A stretch of DNA of 64,000 nt from Eledone cirrhosa. Taxonomy: Eukaryota. Below are positions 1 to 12,828 of this stretch, piece by piece. Numbering within the stretch: position 1 is the first letter of the stretch; the number at the start of each line of letters is the position of its first letter. The stretch is taken from assembly GCA_964016885.1 (NCBI GenBank), contig OZ024744.1, positions 123,504,001 through 123,568,000 of the forward strand. Reading direction: 5' to 3'. Under the pieces are notes generated by a model. It was not told where the DNA came from. It did no database searches and saw only the letters and a program-made list of their open reading frames with translations. The position numbers and the translations under genes are program-made.

Positions 1-496
1 CCTGCCTGACCAATTTATAGTGTGAGATGTGGCCTTTTTGTTGTGACACCTACATGACCACTTTACAGTGAGTACTGGGTACTTTTTGTCATGACACCCA
101 AATAACTACTGTACCGTGTGTACTGGGTACTTTATGTTGTGACACATACATGACCACTTTATAGTGTGGGGTGGGTGATTTTTTGGTGACACCTACATGA
201 TCAGTTTACAGTGTGTATTGGGTACCTTTTGTTGTGACACCTACATGACCACTTTTCAGTGTGGACTGGATTCTTTTTGTCATGACTTCTACATGACCAC
301 TGTACAGTGTGTACTGGGTACTTTTTGGTGTGACATCTACATGACCACTTTATAGTGTGGGGTGGGTGATTTTTTTGGTGACACCTACATGACAACTTTA
401 CAGTGTGGACTGGGTTCTTTTTGTTGTGACACCTACATGTCTACAATGTGTACTGGGTACTTTTTGTCATGACAGCTACATAACAACCTTACAGTG

Positions 497-830
497 GAGA
501 GATTATAAGAAGTGATTAGGACTCTTAGGCGCTAAAACAGCCAAGTACCCTCACAAGTATCACCTAACAGCTCTGTAGACAAATTGCTACCAATGACAAA
601 ACATACAAGTTAAAAAATAGGTTAAGAAGACCTAAATTATTCGCAAATTACACTCACATTTTATGACATATCATCAAAGTCATCACAGTATAACGGCCAT
701 TTTACTACACTAGCATGGGTTGGACAGATTGTACTATTTGAGGCAAGTCAGGTCAGATGACCGTGTCTTACTCATATAGATGTTTCTCGCTTGGTTTCTA
801 CAAATAAATGCCCATCCTAACGCCAACTAT
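497..830. repeat. ~330-bp spacer block within the satellite, copy 1 of 5 (others at ~12089-12425, 13660-13995, 17997-18315, 18500-18835)
   Basis: The same TTATAAGAAGTGATT...CTAGCATGGGTTGGACAG...GATGCCCTTCCTAA sequence recurs. Its right half is the reverse complement of an RTE-type 3' tail. Confidence 0.9.
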
Positions 831-878
831 ATTTACAGTCTGTACTGCGTACTTTTTGCAATGACACCTTCATGACCA

Positions 879-1241
879 TGTAGATGATCACACCACCTAT
901 CGTCGACTTTGGAGGCAGTCGAATAACTGCCCTTAGTTCTAACGTCATGTTCTGACGCCAGTAGCTGAAATAATAGGCTCTTGAATGGTAATACCTCGGA
1001 GTTAATAGACGTGTTTCATGCAGTGACCCAAACAGCGATATCACAACATGCGGTCGCGGTATAATACAATTATTGACAATTACCCAACCTAGGAGCACTG
1101 ATGTATTTAACTATATTATTTAATTGCTCTAATTAAAATGTTAACATAACATAATTTTGAGGTATGTTCCTTCTTCCTTGGTTGACCATGTGCCAGTATA
1201 TTATATCCAATTAGACGGGATGTCTGAACACGCCGGCTAAA
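879..1241. mobile_element. Solo-LTR-like insertion (363 bp) in a satellite unit
   Basis: Starts TGTAG and ends CTAAA (one mismatch from CTACA). Flanked by ACCA/ACCA; removing it restores the satellite unit. Confidence 0.55.
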
Positions 1242-1834
1242 ACCACCTTGCAGTGTGTACTGAGTACTTTTTGTCATGACACCTATATGACGACTACAGT
1301 GTGGATTGGGTACTTTTTGTTGTGACACCTACATGACCATTTTACAGTGTGTACTGGATACTTTTTGTTGTGACACACCTACATGGCCACTTTATATTGT
1401 GTGGTGGATGACTTTTGTGGAGACATCTACATGACCAGTTTACAGTGTGTACTGGATACTTTTTGTTGTGACACACCTACATGGCCACTTTATATTGTGT
1501 GGTGGATGACTTTTGTGGAGACACCTACATGACCAGTTTACAGTGAGTACTGGGTGCTTTTTATTGTAACACCTACATGACCACTTTAGAGTGTGTGCTG
1601 GGTACTTTTTGTGGTGACTCCTACATGATCAGTTTACAGTGTATTCGGGGTACTTTTTTTCATGATACCTACATGAACACTTTACAGTGTTTACTGGGTA
1701 CGTTTTGTTGTGATATCTACATGAACCCTTTAGAATCTGGACTGGGTACTTTTTGTTGTGACACCTACATGACCAGCTTACAGTCTGTACTGGGTTCTTT
1801 TTGTCATGACACCTACATGACCAGTTTACAGGGT

Positions 1835-1962
1835 CTGACCGGAAGTGACCAACAGGGTGTCTGTCAATCACAAAGGGAATCAACTCCAGCTACTTCCTGT
1901 CTAGAGAGCGTTACTCTATTTGTGATGTGCTCATCACAACAAGGGAGTCAACTCTTGCTACA
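1835..1962. other. ~128-bp non-satellite insert ending ...GCTACA, possibly an LTR remnant; duplicated at 13472-13600
   Basis: Non-repeat sequence between satellite units, present in both duplicated segments. Confidence 0.4.
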
Positions 1963-2171
1963 CACCTACATGAGTACAATGTGTACTTTTTGTCATGACA
2001 CCTACATGACCAGTTTACAGGGTGTACTGGATATTTATTGTTCTGACACCTACATGACTACTTTATAGTGTGGACTGAGTAGGTTTTACTGTGACACCTA
2101 CACTACCACTTTACTGTGTGAACTGGGTACTTTTTGTCTTGACACCTACATGACCACTTTACAGTGTGTAC

Positions 2172-2439
2172 TGGGTGTATGGTGTGACGTACGATGGCCG
2201 GAAGCTGGTGCATGCTCGACCGGAAGAGTGCTTGACTGGAAAGGTGCTTGGCCGGAAGGGTGCTCGACCGGAAGGGCCAGTAGATTGGCCTCTCTCTTGT
2301 GGTGACCAGGAACGGTGTGGACGCGACTTTTGGCAGCTCCCGGTGTTAATGAGTCGGACGCACGTGGAAGAGGAGAAATCAGCAATCGGATTTAGCGGTG
2401 CCTATGAAAAGCGGTAAGTGAGATAGCTTTTTCTAACCA
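2172..2439 (+). repeat. 5' LTR (~268 bp) with internal ~17-18-bp repeats carrying CCGGAAG
   Basis: Matches 5955-6220 with roughly 20 substitutions counted by eye. Confidence 0.93.
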
Positions 2440-2441
2440 CA

Positions 2442-2453
2442 AGCTATTTCGGC
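2442..2453 (+). promoter_or_regulatory. Putative non-canonical primer-binding site AGCTATTTCGGC
   Basis: Lies immediately after the 5' LTR and lacks the usual TGG start. It is the reverse complement of nt 1-12 of metazoan tRNA-Phe(GAA) as recalled (GCCGAAAUAGCU). Confidence 0.5.
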
Positions 2454-2559
2454 ACTGGAAACTGAGATCTGATAGAAAAAAAAAAAAAAAAAGGTACTGG
2501 AAAAACAGGGAGGTGTCTGTTGTTTTTTTTTTATCATGTACCGCAAGACAAATTAGGAT

Positions 2560-3230
2560 ATGACGACGAGACTACAAACGAGCGAAGCGATTAGGGCATT
2601 TACCGGTGAAGGCGATGTTGTCTCTTGGTTGCGAAATGTCCGGCTGGTCGCAAGCTTACAGAAGATAGAAGCTGTGGCGGGCCTCATGGCACTGTACCTC
2701 GAGGGGGATGCGTTGGTACTCTTCCTTGAGTTGGATGAACACAGCCAAAGAGATGCGCAAAAGATTGAGAGGCGCATGCTGGAAGCGTTCGCAGAGGGAC
2801 CATTAGCCGCTTTTGCTAAGCTGGCAAGAATTAGATGGAACGGTGGACGCGTTGACATTTTCGCAGCGGAAATACGATGATTGGCCATGTTGGCTGGATA
2901 TCAGGTGGAATGCGAACGCACGGTGCGGTTGGCGTTCGCATCATAGCAGAAGATGCCAAGAAGAGTGTCGCGGCGATAGCAACTACAGAGGCTCAAGACA
3001 GCTGGCAGCGAAATGGTGAAAGGGAGGCAACCACGGCACGCGGTCGCCCGCGAACGTTTAGAGATCGCTGTTTTAGGTGCCAGAGCCCGCACATGGCTAG
3101 AGACTGTAGAGAGACAAGGCCGGAAATAATATGCTACCGGTGTAAGCAACCAGGCCACATCGCTACTAACTGCGACCAGAGAAACGATCCAAGAGGAACT
3201 ACTACGCCGGTAGTTGCCCCTTACGAGTAG
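2560..3230 (+). pseudogene. gag: gag (disrupted) with two zinc knuckles
   Basis: CFRCQSPHMARDC and CYRCKQPGHIATNC; has an internal stop and a ~90-bp deletion relative to the copy at 14681. Confidence 0.88.
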
Positions 3231-5936
3231 AGGCGCTGCCCGTGGTGGAAGTCTTCGTGAGGTGTAAGCCACAGCGAGCCCTCGTGGACACGGGCTGTAT
3301 GACGACACTGGTGACCGCAGGGGTAGCGCAGAGGTGGAGAGGGAAGAGCAGTGTAAGGGCAGTCGACGGCAGGAAAATTGAATGCCGAGGTCGCACCGAG
3401 GTGGAGATGGCGGTACGTGGAAAGAAAATAAGGCTTTCTGCCATCGTAGTTGACAACGTGGTGGATGGGATCGGCGTAGTTATGGGCATGGACGCAATTG
3501 GCTGTCTAGGAGGCGTCACAGTGAACAACGTCGGTGTGTCGTTTGGCGGCGCCGCATCAGTATGCACTGTGAGTACGCGACAGGAGAACCAGAAGGCCCA
3601 TGAGGAGAAATACCCCGCTTACACCGTGCAGGACAAAGACTTCAAGGCCGTGTTCGATGGGCAACGTTGGGTTGTTGAGTGGTACTGAAGGGAGAACCAC
3701 CAACACTGAAGACCAAAGTGGGCTGCTATCAACATACATTGAAGGGAAACATTAGGAGCGAGTTCGAGCGAGAGGTAGAGAGATGGATTGAGGAGGGCAT
3801 ACTGCTTCCCTGGAAAGAGGAGGTGAAGTGTGGAGCATTGCCATTAATGGCGGTGGCGCAACCCAAGAAAAGCAAGGTGAGGCCACAGATGTCTGTGGGG
3901 AAAACCTGCGTGAGTGGAGTGGTTCAGCAATCGTAGATCTAAAGTCGGCATACTTGCAATTGCATATAGATGAGAAACTCTGGCAGTATCAGCTGGTCAG
4001 GTATAAGGGCCGGACATATTGCCTGACCAGGCTCGGTTTCGGGCTGAGCTCTGCACCGAATTCATGGCGGCAGTCCTCAAGACCATTCTGGGAAAGGCCG
4101 ACAAGATGAAGAGGGCCACTAACTCCTAGTGGACGAGTCTGTGGTATCGGCGGCGGAGGTCACGAGCCATTTACAGGGGTATGGACTGTCTGCAAAGCCG
4201 TCAGAAGCGTTGGAGGGAGGAGCCGCGCTGGGACTTAGGCTACGGCGAGACAGGACGGGCGTCTTGGTATTCCAGAGGGTAAATGAAGTTCCAGAACTGG
4301 GCCCAAGTATGAGTAGGCGGGAGCTTTTCTCGGTGTGTGGAAAGTTTGTGGGTCACTACCCGGTTGCTGGGTGGCTCCGGACGGCATGCAGCTATGTCAA
4401 GAGACGAGCGGGAGGGGTGACTTGGAGTGACAGAGTGGGAGAGAGGACGGTGGCCATGATGCAGGAGATTGTGGGGAGGGTGAAGGCAGACGACCCAGTG
4501 CGGGGACGCTGGTATGTTCCCAAATCGCAGAGCGGGACCGTATGGTGCGATGCCAGCAGCATAGCGCTGGGTGTCACGTTGGAGATAGGAGGTGTTGAGG
4601 TCAAGGATGCAGCCTGGCTTAGGAAGAAGGATGACTGCAACCACATCAATGTGGCCAAACTGGACGCGGTGTTGAGAGGGGTGAACCTCGCCCTGAGGTG
4701 GAGACTGCGCACCATCGAGATACTCACCGACTCGGATACTGTACTCGGATGGGTGACATCAGTGCTCACCAGTGAGAAGAGAGTGCGAACGGGAGATGCT
4801 GATAAAGCGCTGTCTGGGAACTTTAGGAGAGCTGGCCACCGAGTTCGACCTGAGGCTGAGCGTAATTTTCGTGCCCTCAGAGAAAATGAGGACGGACGTC
4901 TTAACTAGGGTGAAGAAAGCCTGGATGGAAGCGCCGGAGGAGGTAGAAGATGAGATAGCTGCCGTGTGTCGGCTGACCGAGTTGGATCTGAAAGGGTTGC
5001 ATGACATGCACCACATGGGAGTGGATAGGAGCCTGTTCCTAGCCAGGAGAATCGACTCGGACATTAACAGACACAGTGTTCAAAGGGTGGTTAGAGGTTG
5101 CATCCGATGTCAGTCCATTGATCCTGCCGCGGGTATGCACAAAACGGGAAGCCTCCCGGTGGATCGCGACTGGAAGCGATTGGCGGTGGATGTAACGCAC
5201 TACCGACAGGGAACGTATCTCTCGATGGTCGACTGTGGACCAGGACGGATGGCGATATGGAGGGAGATGAAGACTGGAATGGCCGAGGAAATCATGCGGA
5301 CGTTGAGAGAGGTGTTCTTGGAGCGGGGCCCTGTGGACGAACTGCTGATGGACAACAGCACAGCGTTCCGCTCGGAGGCGCTGAGGGAGATGCTCGATGG
5401 ATGGAAGGTGGACCGTTTTTTCGGAGCAGCGCACAGGCCGAGCGGGAATGGAATTGTGGAGCGACACCACCGGACGATCAAGGCAATGGCGGAGCGGGGC
5501 CATATCTCACCAATGGAGGCAGTGTTCTGGTAAAACATGGCCCCTCGGGTGGGACAGGTTGAGGAATCGGTGCCACACAGAGCAGTATTCAGATACGAGT
5601 GGCGGCACCCGTGCACGCCACCACAACGGTCAGTGGGGAGAGAGGGTGCATTCGTGCAGGTGGGCAAAGAAGTCTGGGTTAAGACCCCAGATGCGCGTTG
5701 CACATCTCAATGGGGAAGGGGAACGGTGACGGCCGTAAATTCCCAGAACAATGTGTCCGTGGACGGAGTACCACGTCATGTCCTGGATGTCCGTAGAATT
5801 ACTGTCAACGGACTCCGAGGAAGAGGAAACCCAAAGTGCAGCCCCAACACTGCGGAGATCGCAAAGAAGTAGCAAACCACCAACCTGGGCAGCAGACATT
5901 CATATGCAGAAGGACGAGGGGGAAATTGATCCTTGA
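3230..5936 (+). pseudogene. pol: pol (frameshifted): aspartic protease, RT, RNase H, integrase
   Basis: ALVDTGC; VDLKSAYLQ...LGFGLSSAP; WCDASS...HINVAKLDAV...TDSDTV; HDMHH...CIRC, AVDVTHY, MDNSTAF, GNGIVERHHRTIK. The YxDD motif appears deleted near 4125. Confidence 0.92.
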
Positions 5937-5940
5937 GATC

Positions 5941-5952
5941 AGGGGGGGGGGG
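5941..5952 (+). promoter_or_regulatory. Polypurine tract
   Basis: An A followed by 11 G, 2 nt upstream of the 3' LTR. Confidence 0.85.
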
Positions 5953-5954
5953 TA

Positions 5955-6220
5955 TGGGTATGGTGTGACGTGCGGTGGCCGGAAGCTGGGGAGTGCTCAA
6001 CCGGAAGAGTGCTTGACTGGAAGGGTGCTTGGCCGGAAGGGTGCTCGACCGGAAGAGCCAGCAGATCGTCCTCTCTCTAGTGGTGACCAGGAACGGTGTG
6101 GATGCGAGTTTTGGCAGCTCCCGGTGTTAATGAGTTGGACGCATGTTGAAGAGGAGAAACCAGCAATGGGATTTAGCGGCGCCTATGAAAAGCGGTAAGT
6201 GAGATAGCTTTTTCTAACCA
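5955..6220 (+). repeat. 3' LTR
   Basis: Direct repeat of 2172-2439, followed by satellite. Confidence 0.93.
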
Positions 6221-9200
6221 TACTGGGTACATTTAGTTGTGACACCTACATGAACACTTTATAGTGTGTACTGTGTACTTTTTATTGTGACACACCTACA
6301 TGACCAGTTTACAGTGTGTGCAGGGTGCTTTTTGTTGTGACCCCTACATGACTACTTTTTTCAATGTGTGCTGGGTACTTTTTATGGTGACACCTACAAG
6401 ACCACTTTACAGTGTGTACTGGGTGCTTTTTGTCATGACACCTACATGACCATATTACATTGTATACTGGGTACATTTTGTTTTCACACCTACAGGACTA
6501 CTTTACAGTGTGTACTGGGTACTTTTTGTCATGACACCTACATGATTACTTTACAGTGTGTTCTGCATATTTTTTGTTGTGACTCCTACATGACAACTTT
6601 ACAGTGTGGACAGGGTACTTTTTGTGTGTCACCTACACTACCACATTACAGTGTGTACAGGCTACTTTTTGTTGTGACACCTACATGACCACTTTACATT
6701 GTGTACTGGGTACTTTTTGTGTGACACCTACATGATTACTTTACAGTAGGTACTGGCTGCTTTTTGTTGTGACACCTCCATGACCATATTATATTGTATA
6801 ATGGGTACTTTTTGTTTGCACACCTACATGACTACTTTACAGTGTGTACAGGGCACTTTTTGTTGTGACACGTACTTGACCACTTTACAGTCTGGACTGT
6901 GTCCTTTTTGTTGTGAGACCTACATGACCACTTTACAGTGTAGACTGGGTACTTTTTGTTGTGACACCTACCTTACCTCTTTACAGTGTGTTCTGCGTAC
7001 TTTTTGTTGGGACACCTACATCACCACCATACAGTGTGTACTGGGTACATTTTGTTGTGACACCGACATGACCACTTTACTGTGTGGACAGGGTACTTTT
7101 TGCTGTGTCACCTACACTACGACATTACTAGGTACTTTTTGTGTGACACCTACATGACCACTTTACAATGTGTACTGGGTACTTTTTGTTGTGACACCTA
7201 CATGATTACTTTACAGTAGGTACTGGCTACTTTTTGTTGTGACACCTACATGACCACTTTACATTGTGTACTGGGTACTTTTTGTTGTGAGACCTACACA
7301 ACCACTTTAAAGTGTGTACTGGGTACATTTTGTCACACCTACACAACCCTTTACAATGTGGACTGGGTGTTTTTTGTCATGACACACATGTGAACACTTT
7401 ACTGTGAGGACTGGGTGCTTTTTGTTGTGACACCTACATGAACACTTTACAGTGTGGACTGGGTACTTTTTGTTGTCACACCTACAGGACCACTTTGCAG
7501 TGTGGACTGAGTACTTTTTGTTGTGACACCTACATGACCACTATACAGTGGGTACTGAATACTTTTTGTCGTGACACCTACATGACCACTTTACAGTGTG
7601 TACTAGGTAGTTTTTGTTGTGACACCTACATGACCACTTTACAGTGTGTATTGGGTACTTTTTGTTTTCACACGTACATGACCAGTTTACAGTATGTACT
7701 GGGTACTTTTTGTTGTAACACTTACATGACTACTTTACAGTGTGTACTGGGTACTTTTTGTCATGGCACCTATATGACGACTTTATAGTGTGTACTGAGT
7801 ACTTTTTGTCATGGCACCTACATGACCACTACAGTGTGCACAGGGTACTTTTTGCTGTGACACCTACACTACCACTTTACAGTGTGTATTGTGTACTTTT
7901 TGTTGTGACACCTACATGACCACTTTACAGTGAGTACTTGGTACTTTTTGTTGTGACACCTACATGAGCACTTTATAGTGTGGGGTGGGTGATTTTTGTG
8001 GTGACACCTGCATGATCAGTTTACAGTGTGTACTGGGTATCTTTTGTTGTGACACCTACATGATAACTTTACAGTGGGCCATGCATACTTTTTGTTGTGA
8101 CACCTACATGACCAATTTATAGTGTGGACTGGGTACGTTTTGAAATGACACCTACACTACCACTTTACAGTGTGTACTGAGTACTTTATGTCATGACATC
8201 TACATGACCACTTTACAGTGTGTACAGGGTACGTTTAGTTGTGACATCTACATGACCATTTTACAGTGTGTACTGGGTACTTTTTATTGTGACACACCTA
8301 CTTATTGTGACACACCTACATGACTACTTTATAGTGTGGGGTGGGTGCTTTTTGTTGTGACACCTACATGACCACTTTTTTCAGTGTGTGCTGGGTACTT
8401 TTTGTGGTGACACCTACATGACCACTTTAGAGTGTGTACTGGGTGTTTTTTGTCATGACACCTACATGACCATATTACAATGTGTACTGAGTACTTTTTT
8501 TGTTTTCACACCTACAGGACTACTTTACAGTATGTACTGGGTACTTTTTGTCATGACACCTACATGACTACTTTACAGTGTGTACTAGGCACTTTTTGTT
8601 GTGACACCTACATGACCACTTTACAGTCTGGACTGGGTCATTTTTGTTGTTGCACCTACATGACCACTTTACAATGTAGACTGGGTACTTTTTGATGTGA
8701 CACCTACATGACCACTTTACAGTGGGTACTGGGTGCTTTATGTTGTAACACCTACATGGCCACTTTACAGTGTGTACTGGGTACTCTTTGTTGTGACACA
8801 CCTACATGACGACTGTATAATGTGGGGTGGGTGATTTTTGTGGTGACACCTACATGACCAGTTTACAGTGTGTACTATGTGCTTTTTGTTGTGACACATA
8901 CATAACCACTTTACAGTGTGTGCTGGGTACCTTTTGTTGTGATACCTACATGGCCATTTCACATTGTGTACTAGGTACTTTTCTTGTGACACCTACATGA
9001 CCACTTCACAGTGTGGACTGGGCACTTTTCGTCATGATACATGCATGACCAATATATAGTGTGTAATGTGGCCTTTTTGTTGTGACACCTACATGACCAC
9101 TTTACAGTGAGTACTGGGTACTTTTTGTTGTGACACCTACATGACCACTTTACAGTGAGTACTGGGTACTTTTTGTTGTGACAACTACATGACGATGTTA

Positions 9201-9383
9201 CAGTGTGGACAGGATGCCTTTTGTTGTGACACCTATATGACGACTTTACAGTGTGTACTGGGTACTTTCTGTCATGACACCTACACAACACCTTTACAAT
9301 GTGGACTGGGTGTTTTTTTATCATGACTCCCATGTGAACACTTTACTGTGAGGATTGGGTGCTTTTTGTTGTGATACCTACAT

Positions 9384-10494
9384 AACAAAGAAAACAGAAC
9401 CCAGATCCCCTCAGGGAAATGGTTTTGCTCAGTATGTAGGAAAGGTGTAGGTAGGAACTCCATTCTCTGCCACAAATGCAAATAATGGGTACACATGAGA
9501 TGTAGCGGGATCTCAGGATGCTTAATTAAGAATGTAGGCTTCACATGCAGCAGCTGTGCTGGGACAGCAAGCAGCAAACAGCCACAGGAAGGGAGGGCTC
9601 TGTAGAAACAGTAGACAGCTTCTGTTACCTAGGTGACTCAATTAGCAGGGGAGGTGGGTGTTCAGAAAGTACAATAACTAGGGTAAGGACGAGATAGAAG
9701 AAGTTCAGGGAGCTACTACCACTGCTAGCTGCAAAAAGCTTCTCTCTCAAAATGAAAGGCAGACTGTATGATGCGTGTATCCGAACATCAATGTTACATG
9801 GTAGTGAGACCTGGGCGCTGAAGGTGGAAGACTTACGTAGATTAGAGAGAAACAAAGCCTGCATGCTCCGATGGATGTAATAGTAATATACGCAAACGAC
9901 AAAGCATAAATGAATTGAGAGAGAGACTGAGCATAAGAGTAATCAAATGCTGTGTGCAGGAGAGGCGGTTGCGTTGGTATGGACATGTGATGCATATGAA
10001 GGATGACAGCTGCATAAAAAGATGCATAAAAAGGTGCAGAAGTCGATGGAAACTGTGGAGTGGGGAGACCCAAGATGACCTGGGATGAGGTGATAAAAGC
10101 CGACCTTACCCAATTACACCCCTCAAAAGCGATGACACACGACTGTGACCTCTTCGTCACGCAGTAATAAAGAGTACCCGACCTCCCATGGGTACAAGCT
10201 GAAGCATATAGACAATATGCCCCCACACCCTCCCACTGCAAGGTGGTCGTGGAGGTGCCACGGCAAAAAAGCACCGAGCCCACACTGTAAAGTGGACGTG
10301 TAGGCGCCACGAAAAAGCACCCAGCACTCACTGTAAATGAGGTTGGTCTTAGGAAGGGCATCCAGCTGTAGAAATCAAGCCAAATCAGTTCCTGTATGAG
10401 CAAGGCATGGTCAACCGACCAGACACTGCCCACAACAGGACAACCCATCTAACCCATGCTAGAGTGGAAGAACGGACGTAAAACGGTGATGATG
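9384..10494 (+). mobile_element. 5'-truncated RTE-clade LINE with long 3' UTR and (TGA)n tail
   Basis: Degenerate GKWxCSVCRKGVG...FCYLGD...GRLYDAC...HGSETW motifs; tail ...AACGGACGTAAAACGGTGATGATG; apparent TSD ACCTACAT (9376-9383 / 10495-10502). Confidence 0.88.
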
Positions 10495-12472
10495 ACCTAC
10501 ATGACCACTTTACAGTGTGTACTGGGTACTTTTTGTTGCGACACCTACATGATCACTTTACAGTCAGTACTGGGTACTTTTTGTCGTGACACCTACATGA
10601 CTATTTTACAGTGTGTAGTGAGGACTTTGTCATGGCACCTACATGATCACTTTACAGTGTGTACTGGGTACGTTTAGTTGTGACACCTACACTACCACTT
10701 TACAGTATGTACTGGGTACGTTTTGTGTGACACCTACATGACCAGGTTACAGTGTGTACTGGGTACTTTTTGTTGTGACACCTACATGACCACTTTACGG
10801 TATTTACTGGGTAGGTTTTGTGTGACACCTACATGATTACTTTACAGTCTGTACTGGGTACTTTTTGTTGTGACACCTACATGACTACTTTACAGTGTGT
10901 ACTGGGTACTTTTTGTTGTGACACCTACATCACCACTTTACGGTATGTACTGGGTACATTTTGTGTGACACCTACATGATTACTTTACAGTGTGACTGGG
11001 CCCTTTTTGTCATGATACCTGCATGACCAATTTATAGTGTGAAATGTGGGCTTTTTGTTGTGACACCTACATGACCACTTTACAGTGTTTTCTGGGTGCT
11101 TTTTGTCATGACACCTACATGACCACTTTACAGTGTGTACTGTGTACTTTTTGTTGTGACACCTACATGACCACTTTACAGTGTGTACTGTGTACTTTTT
11201 GTTGTGACACCTACATGACCACTTTACAGTGTGTACTGGGTATTTTTGTCGTGACACCTACATGACCACTTTACTGTGTAGACTGAGTACATTTTGTTGT
11301 CGCACATACTGGACCACTTTACAGTGTTTTCTGGGTACTTTTTGTTGTGACACCTACATGATCACTTTACAGTCAGTACTGGGTACTTTTTGTTGTGACA
11401 CCTATATGACCATTTTACGGTGTGTAGTGAGGACTTTATGACATGGCACCTACATGATCACTTTACAGTGTGTACTGGGTACGTTTAGTTGTGACACCTA
11501 CATGACTACTTTATAGTGTGGGGTGGGTGATTTATGTTGTAATACCTACATGACCACTTTACAGTATGTACCGAGTGCGATTTGTGTGACACCTACATGA
11601 CCAGGTTACAGTGTAGACTGGGTACTTTTTGTTGTGACACCTACACTGCCACTTTACAGTGTGTAGTGGGTACTTTTTGTTGTGACACCTACATGACCAC
11701 TTTACTGTATGTACTGGGTATGTTTTTGTGACACCTACATGATTACTTTACAGTGTGTACTGGGTACCTTTTGTTGTGACACTTACATGAATACTTTACA
11801 GTGTGACTGGGCCTTTTTTGTCATGATTCCTGCATGACCAATTTAGAGTGTGAGATGTGGCCTTTTTGTTGTGACACCTACATGACCACTTTACAGTGTG
11901 TACTGGGTACTTTTTGTCATGACACTTACATGACCACTGTACAGTGTATACTGGGTACTTTTTGTTGTGACACCTACATGACCACTTTATAGTGTGGGGT
12001 GGGTGATTTTTTTGGTGACACCTACATGACCACTTTACAGTGTGTACTGGGTACTTTTTGTCATGACAGCTACATAACCACCTTACAGTGGAATGATTAT
12101 AAGAAGTGATTGCGACTCTTAGGCGCTAAAACAGCCAAGTACCCTCACAAGTATCACCTAACAGCTCTGTAGACAAATTGCTACCAATGACAAAATATAC
12201 AAGTTAACAAATAGGTTAAGAAGACCTAAATTATTCGCAAATTACACTCACCTTTTATGACATATCATCAAAGTCATCACAGTATAACGGCCATCTTACT
12301 ACACTAGCATGGGTTGGACACATTGTACTATTTGAGGCAAGTCAGGTCAGATGACCGTGTCTTACTCATATAGATGTTTATCGCTTGGTTTCTACAAATA
12401 AATGCCCATCCTAACGCCAACTATATTTACAGTCTGTACTGCGTACTTTTTGCAATGACACCTTCTTGACCA

Positions 12473-12828
12473 TGTAGATGATCACGCCACCTATCGTCGA
12501 CTTTGGAGGCAGTCGAATAACTGCCCTTAGTTCTAACGTCATGTTCTGACGCCAGTAGCTGAAATAATAGGCTCTTGAACGGTAATACCTCGGAGTTAAT
12601 AGACGTGTTTCATGCAGTGACCCAAACAGCGATATCACAACATGTGGTCACGGTACAATTTGACAATTACCCAACCTAGGAGCACTGATGTATTTAACTA
12701 TATTATTTAATTGCTCTAATTAAAATGTTAACATAACATAATTTTGAGGTATGTTCCTTCTTCCTTGGTTGACCATGTGCCAGTATATTATATCCAATTA
12801 GACGGGATGTCTGAACACGCCGGCTAAA
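12473..12828. mobile_element. Second copy of the solo-LTR-like insertion
   Basis: Near-identical to 879-1241 with the same ACCA flanks. Confidence 0.55.

Larger units (their letters stand above)
2172..6220 (+). mobile_element. Degenerate full-length LTR retrotransposon (gag-PR-RT-RNase H-integrase)
   Basis: Direct LTRs at 2172-2439 and 5955-6220, a poly-G PPT, CCHC knuckles, LVDTG protease, and RT, RNase H and HHCC/DDE integrase motifs. Confidence 0.95.

Noticed and set aside
3176-3186. gag-pol slippery site (GAGAAAC, near G GGA AAC)
   Set aside because: It is in a plausible position, but both copies deviate from the XXXYYYZ heptamer, so it is not supportable as functional.
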